From Candidatus Moraniibacteriota bacterium (GTDB lineage: Bacteria; Patescibacteriota; Minisyncoccia; Moranbacterales; GCA-2747515), in assembly GCA_027031495.1 (NCBI GenBank), contig JALVQA010000006.1, forward strand, positions 81,535 to 145,534: a DNA stretch of 64,000 nucleotides, in the 5' to 3' direction. The position numbers were made by a program, and so were the translations under genes. The first letter of the stretch is position 1, and each line of letters starts with the position of its first letter. The notes under the pieces are model-generated. The model saw nothing but the letters and a program-made list of their open reading frames with translations, searched no databases and was not told the DNA's origin. This document shows, one piece after another, positions 54,475-63,400 of the stretch.

Positions 54475-54789
54475 TTAGTTCGTGAGTGAATTAACGCGCG
54501 CCGCCTCGTGCTCCTTCGCGCGCTTGCGGCGCAGTCGCAACTGCCGGAGTGCATCGTATAGGATCTTGTCACGATTGTAATTCGGGATCTTGTCCTCGCG
54601 GAACACTTGGTGCTTGTGCCCATGCACATCCACATAGCGATAGTATCCGTGCTCCACGCAGTACCGGTCAAATGTTCTGTCGCCAAGCATAGACTCAAAC
54701 ATCCGCACCTTGTGGATACCCTCTTTCGTGCTCAGTAGTCCGATCGGCGACGCATCGGTTTGTCTTTGTGTTTTGTGGAATCCTTGCAT
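54475..54789 (-). CDS. Hypothetical protein
   Basis: Co-oriented ORF after the replication gene. Confidence 0.5.
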   Translation of the reverse strand: MQGFHKTQRQTDASPIGLLSTKEGIHKVRMFESMLGDRTFDRYCVEHGYYRYVDVHGHKHQVFREDKIPNYNRDKILYDALRQLRLRRKRAKEHEAARVNSLTN

Positions 54790-54793
54790 ATGA

Positions 54794-55636
54794 TTATTTC
54801 TTTTTGGAATTTAATGCGAATTTCACGACAGTCGCGAGCGAATACTCTGTGATGTACCTCGCGTGAACAATGCCGTCTACCGCTCTCGCGAGCTGATCGT
54901 CGGTGAAGCCGGTCCGCACAATCTCGCTCGCGACTTTCAGATTCGGCTTCAGCCACAACTGCCACTGCGCTGCTGTGCGCAGGTCTGGCGCATGACCGTA
55001 TGTGATAAGCTCCGTCAGAAACTTCGCGACGACGCGGATGTGTTCCTGATCAGAATCGGCGAGCCAATCACGAAATGCAGTTGCATCCATCTGCTCGTGA
55101 CGTGCGCACATTTGGCGATTACGCATCGGCTTACCAGAACAATAATCAAATGCGCAAACGGGAGGGCGCGACGCATCGCGTTGCGCAACCCTTCTTTGTG
55201 TATCCTTCTTATGTGCATCCTTCCAGTCCACCTCGTGTACCCGGCTTTTGTCGTCAGATGGACCCGGGTCGGTACGTGAGGTGGACTCGGCTCGGGGTTC
55301 ATCTGGTGTACCCGGCTCACGCTTCCAGACACTCACGTCCAGGAGTGTATACACGTTGTTTTTTTGCCGCCGCGTGCGCTCGTCACGCTCGCGTGTGATC
55401 GCGATAATATTATGCGCCGCCAGCTCTTTCAGCGCCTTGATTGCCGTCGTGCGGCTCATTCCCTTAGCGAGTCGTTCAATGCTCGGCCAGGACTTCTGAC
55501 CGCGTCCTGCGTGACGGCACAGCGCCATATAGACGCGGTCAGAATAGACACTCAAAATATCCTGGTATTCGTCCACGTAGACGTCATCCACGCGGAACAT
55601 CCGTCGGGATCTAGCGTCGCGAATGAGAATCTTCAT
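54794..55636 (-). CDS. Phage replication initiator/replisome organizer (winged HTH)
   Basis: VYMALCRHA...SWPSIERLA...SRTTAIKALKEL...NVYTL. Confidence 0.85.
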   Translation of the reverse strand: MKILIRDARSRRMFRVDDVYVDEYQDILSVYSDRVYMALCRHAGRGQKSWPSIERLAKGMSRTTAIKALKELAAHNIIAITRERDERTRRQKNNVYTLLDVSVWKREPGTPDEPRAESTSRTDPGPSDDKSRVHEVDWKDAHKKDTQRRVAQRDASRPPVCAFDYCSGKPMRNRQMCARHEQMDATAFRDWLADSDQEHIRVVAKFLTELITYGHAPDLRTAAQWQLWLKPNLKVASEIVRTGFTDDQLARAVDGIVHARYITEYSLATVVKFALNSKKK

Positions 55637-55808
55637 AGCGATAATTCTTAATGTTGTGTTTTTTCAGATCGTCACAGAATTTTTTACTTTCTGAGCGCCA
55701 CTTTTCTTCATAGCGCATATCCTCCGCGTACTCGTACGCAACCGAGAATATAAGAGCAAGGAGCGCAGAGCCAATGATAAATAGGGTCATAATTTTACTG
55801 GTTATCAT
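55611..55808 (-). CDS. Small membrane protein
   Basis: One TM helix; fills the gap between neighbours. Confidence 0.45.
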   Translation of the reverse strand: MITSKIMTLFIIGSALLALIFSVAYEYAEDMRYEEKWRSESKKFCDDLKKHNIKNYRYEDSHSRR

Positions 55809-56742
55809 TTACTACAGGGATACAGTCACACTTCGCACCTTTGTGCGATGCACACAGGGCCGTGTGCTGCATCTGCTCCTTTGGACTTTCATCCGGTACC
55901 GACTCCTGCTGTTCGTTCTGTGCCGGACCTTGCGCCGGAGCTGCAGGTGGAGTAGCTGGCGCATTTGCCGCCTCTTTCGCGCGCTTGCGGCGGATGCGCT
56001 CCAGGTCCTGATACACCTTCCGCAGCACATTGATATTCGCCGACGCCAGCGGCATGCCAATCTGCGACTCTATCACACCCTGTGTTGTTCCGAGCTCATT
56101 CATGAGAGAATAGAGACGTTCAAGCGCTTCTTTTGTGACCTTCGGTTGCGTCACTTGGGCGTTTCCGACAGTCTCCGGTGTTGCGTCTGTGTCCTCGTCA
56201 CCGGTCATGATGCCAAATGCGTTACAGAATGCATATCGCTTCGCGAATGTCAAAGCCGCCGCAAACTTTTGTGGGCCACTCATGTATGCCTTCGGGTCAA
56301 TCGGGACACGGAATGACGTCTCCTCACTATGTCCGCCTTCGTGCGTTACGATGACAGTCGCCGTCACACTCGTGTCATCCTGTTGCGTTTTGATTGTGTA
56401 TGAGAGACCATTGCGTGCGATATATTCGCGCACCTGCTCAACGATTGCATCAATAGATGCGTACTTGTATCTCACGGTACGACGGTCTTTCTCCAAGACC
56501 TCTTTTGTTTTGCGAATTGTCGGCAATTCAGATTGACATTTTGCCATAGCGGCAATAAATGCCTTCTTTGCCTCCCTTTGCTCGTAGTCTTTTTGGAGCT
56601 CAAACAGTCGCTCCAAAGTTTCTACGTCAACCTTCTTCTCTATCGCTTGAGCGATGATATTTAGAGTTGTTTGTGGTTGAATTCCCACATCCCTCTCCTC
56701 TTTTGTCGCATCTTGTGCGACTATCTCTTGAGTCGTACTCAT
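55795..56742 (-). CDS. ERF-family single-strand annealing protein
   Basis: YKYASID, THEGGHSE, AALTFAKRYA...DEDTD. Confidence 0.9.
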   Translation of the reverse strand: MSTTQEIVAQDATKEERDVGIQPQTTLNIIAQAIEKKVDVETLERLFELQKDYEQREAKKAFIAAMAKCQSELPTIRKTKEVLEKDRRTVRYKYASIDAIVEQVREYIARNGLSYTIKTQQDDTSVTATVIVTHEGGHSEETSFRVPIDPKAYMSGPQKFAAALTFAKRYAFCNAFGIMTGDEDTDATPETVGNAQVTQPKVTKEALERLYSLMNELGTTQGVIESQIGMPLASANINVLRKVYQDLERIRRKRAKEAANAPATPPAAPAQGPAQNEQQESVPDESPKEQMQHTALCASHKGAKCDCIPVVNDNQ

Positions 56743-56807
56743 AGTTTTGTTGTCCGATTGCCGTCGCCGCTAGTCACGAGCGACAGCGGCAATCGGAGAC
56801 TAGCTAA

Positions 56808-57293
56808 TTACTCCACCGCGCTGATAATTCTCGCACATGTCCACGGCCGCCATCCAAAGCGATCGTAGATTTTGCGCGCATACGCGATGTTTTGACGCGC
56901 GTCCAACAGTTTCTGCGCTGTCAGTCCCGCGTACTTCACCCGACCCGGTAAGAGTCGGATTTGGAACACTCCATACGAGGAGTATGCCGTGTGCGTGTCT
57001 CCCACACGCGACGGATCCAGGCGACTTTCGCAGTGTGCAATGCGCACTGCCGTGTCCGGGTCCTCCGGGAATGTCTCCCGGATGAGACGCTCAATCGCAT
57101 CTCGGTCAAGTTGTCTTTCGTCATCACATACCACATCAATGAGTCCGCACGGGTCCGGTGCCGTGTATTCTGCTTCCGGCACCTCTGCCGCGACCGCGAC
57201 GTCAGTGTGCAGGGTGATGACCTCACGCGCATCTGTATTCAGCGCGTTTGCTGCTGTAAAAATGACAGCAGCGGAAATGAGAATATATCTCAT
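56808..57293 (-). CDS. Secreted lytic transglycosylase/lysozyme-like protein
   Basis: Signal-like N-terminus; IAHCES, GVFQI, NIAYA, GWRPW. Confidence 0.8.
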   Translation of the reverse strand: MRYILISAAVIFTAANALNTDAREVITLHTDVAVAAEVPEAEYTAPDPCGLIDVVCDDERQLDRDAIERLIRETFPEDPDTAVRIAHCESRLDPSRVGDTHTAYSSYGVFQIRLLPGRVKYAGLTAQKLLDARQNIAYARKIYDRFGWRPWTCARIISAVE

Positions 57294-57392
57294 ATCTGAG
57301 CATTTACAGCGGATACGCGTCCGCGTCAGCGCTCACCCTAGAAAATAAAAAAACTGCCGTTTGGCAGTATTGTTGTTGTTATTTATACAGAA

Positions 57393-57420
57393 AGGTCGGA
57401 CAACTCAAATTGTGCGACAT
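57393..57420. repeat. attR-like, dif-type site AGGTCGGACAA-CTCAAA-TTGTGCGACAT
   Basis: 11-6-11 structure; right arm 10/11 identical to that of the site at 30223. Confidence 0.75.
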
Positions 57421-57575
57421 AATATAAATATCAAAACAGCACAATTTCAGAAGGATAAGAACGTATTGTTCCTCTATTTATTTTTTTGCAAGAGAAAACT
57501 TTTTTACAATTTCTTGATAGATCCACTTTCATTCATTACGCCACACAATCAAAAAGTTTGTGTGTCCCTTGTTTC

Positions 57576-58176
57576 GTTTCTACTCCTCTCTTTTAAAGGA
57601 TGTTTCTAAAACATAAAAATATGATACAAAAGCGAAAGGGGGTGAGTTTCTACTCCTCTCTTTTAAAGGATGTTTCTAAAACCGCACCGTGACGAAGTCA
57701 CGGAGTGCGCTCTCCGTTTCTACTCCTCTCTTTTAAAGGATGTTTCTAAAACTCAAACTCCGCAACGCGCTCATCGTGTGTGTCTTGTTTCTACTCCTCT
57801 CTTTTAAAGGATGTTTCTAAAACCTGACGCCTCCACCTATGACGCGCGCGCGCTCGGTTTCTACTCCTCTCTTTTAAAGGATGTTTCTAAAACAAACGGA
57901 CGAAAAATACGGAAATTTCTCATAATGTTTCTACTCCTCTCTTTTAAAGGATGTTTCTAAAACATGCGGTTCGTGAAGGACTACTACACGAATTCTGGTT
58001 TCTACTCCTCTCTTTTAAAGGATGTTTCTAAAACTTTTTGTGCGAGGTATGAAGTTACACATGTACTAGTTTCTACTCCTCTCTTTTAAAGGATGTTTCT
58101 AAAACAGGTGTTACGTAAGCAGTTGCGCCGAGAAATTGAGTTTCTACTCCTCTCTTTTAAAGGATGTTTCTAAAAC
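57576..58176 (-). CRISPR. CRISPR array: 9 identical 37-nt repeats, 8 spacers of 33-34 nt
   Basis: Repeat on - strand GTTTTAGAAACATCCTTTAAAAGAGAGGAGTAGAAAC; + strand starts at 57576, 57646, 57716, 57787, 57857, 57927, 57998, 58069, 58140; orientation inferred from the GAAAC end and the cas side. Confidence 0.99.
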
Positions 58177-58345
58177 CGCAAGATATGGCGTACTTAAGGC
58201 AAAAACGCTGTTTTCATTGTAAAGCATTTTCGCGTATTTTTGTGTAAAATCCCTTTTTTGAGCCATTTCTTGTGTGCAAACCTTGTAGCAGATCATTTTC
58301 ACAATTACTGCCTTTTCCAAAGGTTTTGCGCGATTTATGAATATG
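58177..58345 (-). promoter_or_regulatory. CRISPR leader
   Basis: AT-rich non-coding DNA on the cas side of the array; TACAAT -10-like box near 58216-58221. Confidence 0.6.
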
Positions 58346-58490
58346 AGAAAGAAAAACTGCTTGCAGTATGCACACCGTAAGCAGTTTTTCACATCCTTTG
58401 AAAGAGAGGCGCTTTATGCGCCATCATTCCCCGTTTTTAGTAGCGGAGAATGAGCACAAAGGGTCGAAACAAAATGGAATGACCCCCTGT
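58345..58490 (-). ncRNA. Putative tracrRNA
   Basis: TATACT box at 58497-58502, three hairpins, anti-repeat 58391-58409 (18/19 match), terminator hairpin 58351-58390. Confidence 0.85.
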
Positions 58491-58511
58491 ATCTTCAGTA
58501 TATAACGTCTT

Positions 58512-58817
58512 CTAAAAAATCGCAATATGCGGTTCATCATAAACGCGTGACGTTGTTCCGTAGCGGCGGATACGCTTCTCAATTGATTGTGGAATCGGAA
58601 TAATGATCAATGCTTCGTCTTTTTTGTTTTTTACGAGAAATTTACTGTGCTGCAGACGTGCCATAAATTCACGTTTCCGTGCCGGTGTGAGAAAAAATTC
58701 AAAAATTGAATATTGTGTACGCACACCGAATTCTTCAAGGATTTTAACAAGACGTCGTCGCCGACGATCATCTGACACATCAAAAGCAACAAAAAATCTT
58801 TCTCTTTGCGCACTCAT
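58512..58817 (-). CDS. cas2: CRISPR-associated Cas2
   Basis: FVAFDVSDDRRRRRLVKILEEFGVRTQYSIFE. Confidence 0.95.
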   Translation of the reverse strand: MSAQRERFFVAFDVSDDRRRRRLVKILEEFGVRTQYSIFEFFLTPARKREFMARLQHSKFLVKNKKDEALIIIPIPQSIEKRIRRYGTTSRVYDEPHIAIF

Positions 58818-59812
58818 ACGCGCTTCCATTCAAATGGCTTAAAGGTATCGCGATCACCAATGAGAATCTGTGCAAGTTGACGCACATCACGCTCCATGAG
58901 CGCTACAAGTGTGCGGTTTTCCGCAAAGTGATCGTAGCGAATAAACCGTGACCACTTTGGAAAAAACGTTCCGTATCCGTGTCGTGAGAGCGAAACGACA
59001 CCACCATCATCTGTTGTAAAATCTTTCTGTGTAAATTCTCTACGATTGACGCTACGCAACACAAAATATTCAATTGGTCCACGATAAATTTCCAAGAAGT
59101 CACTTGCAAGCGCGGCATGGCCGTATTTTTGATCATGGAGAAAGCCAACATATGGATCAAGACCAACGATCATAATATGTGTAACGAGTTCCGCGTGAGC
59201 AAGTGTATAGCAAAAACTTAAAAGCGCATTTAACGGATCGGTTGCCGGATGCTTTATGCGTCCGGGAAATACAAAGTCCGCATTATTTTTAACAAGTGAC
59301 GCATCTCGCCATATGCGAAAGTACTGACGTGCTGCAGTACCTTCCATGCCACGTATAGTATCAAGTGATAAATTTTGAGATACATTATCCGGCAATGTAT
59401 TAAGACGTTGCGTTGCACGCATCTTTTTTAATACACGATTTTGATTGATAATCTTACCACGCACAAATGTATATGCCATTTCTCGCCGCTTTTCTTTGTC
59501 ATCGTGCCACTTAAATTGCGCATGACGCAGAAAAACATTTTTTGTGTAATCATAGAGCACGGAAGCGACAAAACGGCCTTTACCATCTATAAAGTGAATT
59601 GGCACGTGATTTGTACGTGCCAATGATAACACTTTATTTGTGAGTGTTACATCACCGAAAATTACAATATCGCGCGTTGAAAGCGCTGGAAATTTTTCAC
59701 GTATATCACCAGCTTTTGTGCGAATGGCAAAATTTTGTCCACTTACACTGAGTGTGTCATCAAAACGTGCGCGATAATAGACCGTTGATTTCCCTTCCGT
59801 CAATAACGTCAT
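58814..59812 (-). CDS. cas1: CRISPR-associated Cas1
   Basis: IRGMEGTAARQYF, DPLNALLSFCY, GLDPYVGFLH, LASDFLEIYR. Confidence 0.97.
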   Translation of the reverse strand: MTLLTEGKSTVYYRARFDDTLSVSGQNFAIRTKAGDIREKFPALSTRDIVIFGDVTLTNKVLSLARTNHVPIHFIDGKGRFVASVLYDYTKNVFLRHAQFKWHDDKEKRREMAYTFVRGKIINQNRVLKKMRATQRLNTLPDNVSQNLSLDTIRGMEGTAARQYFRIWRDASLVKNNADFVFPGRIKHPATDPLNALLSFCYTLAHAELVTHIMIVGLDPYVGFLHDQKYGHAALASDFLEIYRGPIEYFVLRSVNRREFTQKDFTTDDGGVVSLSRHGYGTFFPKWSRFIRYDHFAENRTLVALMERDVRQLAQILIGDRDTFKPFEWKRV

Positions 59813-59856
59813 AATATTATCACCTATGAATCAAGACGTTATATTATACAATAAAA

Positions 59857-60453
59857 CTATAAATAACACAAGTCACGGAAACAACATCCGTCACATCTTG
59901 CATCACGGTGTTGCGGAAAATCATGTGGGTCAAGCAAGTCTTTTTGTAAACGTTTGTAGACAGCATCAGCAAGTACTATTGCTTCTTTTTGCTCATCATC
60001 GCCAAGCGTGTATCGCTTTCGCTGGCGATCGCCGGTAAAGAAAATTTCACCATACGTAAGATGTGATGATGAAAACATTTCACGCAGACACAGTGCTTGC
60101 AGGGCGAGCTGTTGGCGATGTGCAGGATTTGTACGCTTTTTACCACGCTTAAATTCAACCGGCACAATTACATTGTGCGGATAGAATTCTACAACATCCA
60201 CTACACCACTGATACCGTACTGTCGCGAGTAAATACGCAATGATGATTGTACGCGTAGAGCATTGCGATGACGTGTATATGGTTTATCCACCACGCGATG
60301 CGCCGCACGACCATCTTGGATATATGTATTTTCATCTCGCACACGTGGTGCGTCCGTCAGGAGATAGTAGGTGCTGCGCGGGCAATATGCATACTCAGCA
60401 ATGAACGATAGCGGAATAAGTGGTCGGTCAGTCTGTGGTGCTTTCTGTGACAT
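59857..60453 (-). CDS. cas4: CRISPR-associated Cas4
   Basis: YAYCPR, GVVDVVE, PVEFK, QLALQALCL, RCDGCCFRDLC (Fe-S cysteines). Confidence 0.95.
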   Translation of the reverse strand: MSQKAPQTDRPLIPLSFIAEYAYCPRSTYYLLTDAPRVRDENTYIQDGRAAHRVVDKPYTRHRNALRVQSSLRIYSRQYGISGVVDVVEFYPHNVIVPVEFKRGKKRTNPAHRQQLALQALCLREMFSSSHLTYGEIFFTGDRQRKRYTLGDDEQKEAIVLADAVYKRLQKDLLDPHDFPQHRDARCDGCCFRDLCYL

Positions 60454-63400
60454 GGCGTTTGGCGAACTGTGGTGATTTCAGCATAAAGAGTTTTAGTGTG
60501 GAGAGAATGCCCTTTTCCGTACATGCGACAAGCTCTTCCTCTGTTGCAACTAACTTGAAGTAGTACTTTAGTGCGATGTTTTGTGCAGCTTGTTCGTCGG
60601 CATCGCATGATGCGCCACAGTACTGACAGTGAAATTGCGCTTTTTGTCCACGACCATAATTCTCTTCATTTTCTGTACGCTGTGCCAAATGAATTGCTGC
60701 GAGAATCTCACGAAGTGTATATGTGTCATCACTAAGATTGCAACGTACATGCGCGTCAGTACCATCACTAAATGTTAGATGTAGTGCGTTGTTAGTAACT
60801 ATGATTGACTGATTGTTGTTATTCTCTCTAAAATATCGCTCAACTTCATATGTTGTACAGTATCCACAAGCACGACAGGTTTGCGAGGTTTTTGCCGCAC
60901 CGATGACAGCGCCAATCTGTGCATACTTTACACCCCAGATATGTGCGCGCACCGCAGCATCTGCTTCATTACTCGTACCACTGATAATATCTGCTGTTTT
61001 GAGTGTCTTGTAGAGTTTCGCAATCCGCTGTCCCCCACTCTCAAAGCCGTCCACAGAGTCTTCGTAAATCGGAATCGCATTGTACTTCAGTGCCAACGCG
61101 TGGATTTGATTGCGCACCGTACCGGCGGCCAGTTCGCGGATTTTTGCCAGGTGCGTTGTCGGGCGTGTGAAGAGTCCGGCGCTCTGCGTGTCGCGCCATG
61201 ATGCCGCTTCTGCGCGCATCTGTTCCAAATACGGCACTTCTATGAAACTGCTTTCCACAAACTGTTCTGTGCGCGGATCAAAGACGGCGTAGCCAAAGCC
61301 ATATTCGCCAAGGTCGATGCCCAGGAGCATTTGCTCGCGGCGATACTGTTTTTGATTTTTTCCATCGGCGTTGCGGAGGCAGATATTCGCACCTTCCAGA
61401 CACCGCGTCTCCTCCACAACTTCTCCATGGCGGTCACCATCACCTTTGGCGATGGAAAACGGCAGTGCCCAGTAGAGTGTTTGTTTACCGGGAATGATTT
61501 GCACAGCGCCATCTGTATCACGATGAACGTTTTGAACTTGTTCGTAGATGATTGATCCGCCCTGGATGCTCTCTACCAGTTGCTCCGTGCGATCACCCCA
61601 CAAAAAGCGCTCCAAGAATTGCTTTTGCACGCGGGAGGTTTCCAGTGGGAGGCGGTAGTAGTAATATCCGCCAATCGTCCCGTTAACAGATGCACGCGAA
61701 ACATGTTTTGGCTTAAAAACAGATTTCTTTTGTGATTTTTCAAAGAAAAGTCCGCTATTTACCTGTGACAATCCTTCTATCGGTAGTTTTGTACACAGAA
61801 TCATTGCCCAGCGATGTGGCAATTCACCCAATACACGCGTTAATGCGCGTGCATCGCTTGCTGATGTGGTCTTCAGTCTTTGCCAAATGTGCGTTGCGAT
61901 TTCTTGCGGCTCGCTTGTCGTGTCAATATCCTGTGTGCGCAAGATATTTTGCGCTTCCGTGGAGAGTTGTTTTTGTTGTGCAAAACGCTTCTTGAGGCGC
62001 TTTTGCGCACGCCGGTAGCGCCGGCGTTGCGGTGCAGTCATTTGCCGCAAATCATCATCAGATTTTTCTGTGAAAGACATTTCGCCCCATGACAATGGAA
62101 TGTACTCAAGAATACTTTGCTCACCGTTTGTAACTTGCAAAACGACACGGTCAATATAGGATGTGCGTGACAATAGCGAGAGTTTTCCGCGGATTTCAGT
62201 GCCGATTGCAGCGGCGACAAATCGTTGGAAGTGTGTGCGCGGCATATCATCACTACGCACTGTACCATTTTGCGGATTACTGTACAGCAAATTTGCAAGT
62301 TTTCGTTCACGCAATATACGCCACTGTGGCCGCTCGGATGGTAGATGAATATTTTTTGGCAACCAACGCAACTGCAATCCCCAATATATTTTCAGTAATT
62401 CCCCACCATCAATATTGATTGGTTTTTGTGGTTGGTTGAGATAAAAGAGATCTTTGATTATTCGCTTATCTGTGAGTTGATTTAGTTTAAATGTCACACC
62501 AAAATCATGTAAAAACGTTTTTGGGTCGTATAAAAGATTTTCGCGCAGTGGCATCGGCGTATAGTGAAAGCGATGGTATGGTGTCACAAGAAAACGCAAA
62601 AAACGGCGATCTTTGGTGTGCCACCACTTCTTGAGATCATCACTCTTTTCGTGATTATTTATGGCGTCCCAATCAATATATCGCTCCAAAAATGCCCATA
62701 CCGGTGCGCCGTCACGCATACGCAGAGCGAGATCCTTCAATCGTTCCAGTGTTTTGAGTGCGTGGGCACGACCGTTTTTGCGATATTCTTGACCAAACCA
62801 TTCAGTGCGCAAATGCTCACGATCTTCATTGGATAGTAAGTTACGTTGATGTGCTGTAGTAATGAGATCTTGGCCGGCAAGAACAAGGTCTACTAATTCC
62901 TCTGCCGCATTCTCAATTATTTTTGCCGGATCACGTTGTGCCTGTTTGATAAACCGTGGGTAGCGCTCCAGCGCGCTTGGAATCATGGCTTTCTTCCAAA
63001 ATCCGATAATGTTTTGGTCGGTGTCGCGTGTTGATTCTTTTGCCTCACTTTTTTTCTTTTTCCGATCAACTATTGCATCAAACACATCACCAAAAAGTTC
63101 TTTCTCATCCGTATTGTTATGTATGGGAACACCTTCATTGTTCCACTTTGCTAAAAACTCGCGAAATTCCTGCAACACGTCAGTATAGTCGTCCAAAAGT
63201 TTGCCAAGATTTTTGCTTCGTTTTTGCAACGCTTCAGCAAGACGTGGTTGTAACTCGCGTAATAATTCAAAGTTCATTACTTGTTCTTGCGGAAATAGTC
63301 TTCTGTACGCCGTTTTAGCAATTGTATCAAAGATTGCGCGATGCGTCCTGGCGTTTTTCCGGGTATCACCTTCAGTATTCTCCACAAGATGTGCTTCGTA

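Larger units (their letters stand above)
30223..57420 (-). mobile_element. Prophage, HK97-fold siphovirus-like, about 27.2 kb, apparently complete
   Basis: Integrase, lysis, tail, head, terminase and replication/recombination modules in canonical order between two dif-like sites; visibly more GC-rich than the flanks. Confidence 0.93.

Noticed and set aside
57420-57576. Prophage inserted inside the CRISPR array, or CRISPR locus carried by the phage
   Set aside because: No repeat copy found left of the prophage, and attR lies between the phage and the array
57683-57715. Self-complementary spacer with partial likeness to the tail tube gene near 43040 (RTVTK)
   Set aside because: Only 13 of 15 nt match before a gap is needed; compatible with chance
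57894-57926. Spacer with partial likeness to the endolysin gene near 34845-34865
   Set aside because: Needs several indels and does not preserve the reading frame
58144-58392. 82-aa ORF between cas2 and the array
   Set aside because: Runs through the leader into the first repeat and overlaps the tracrRNA terminator; spurious
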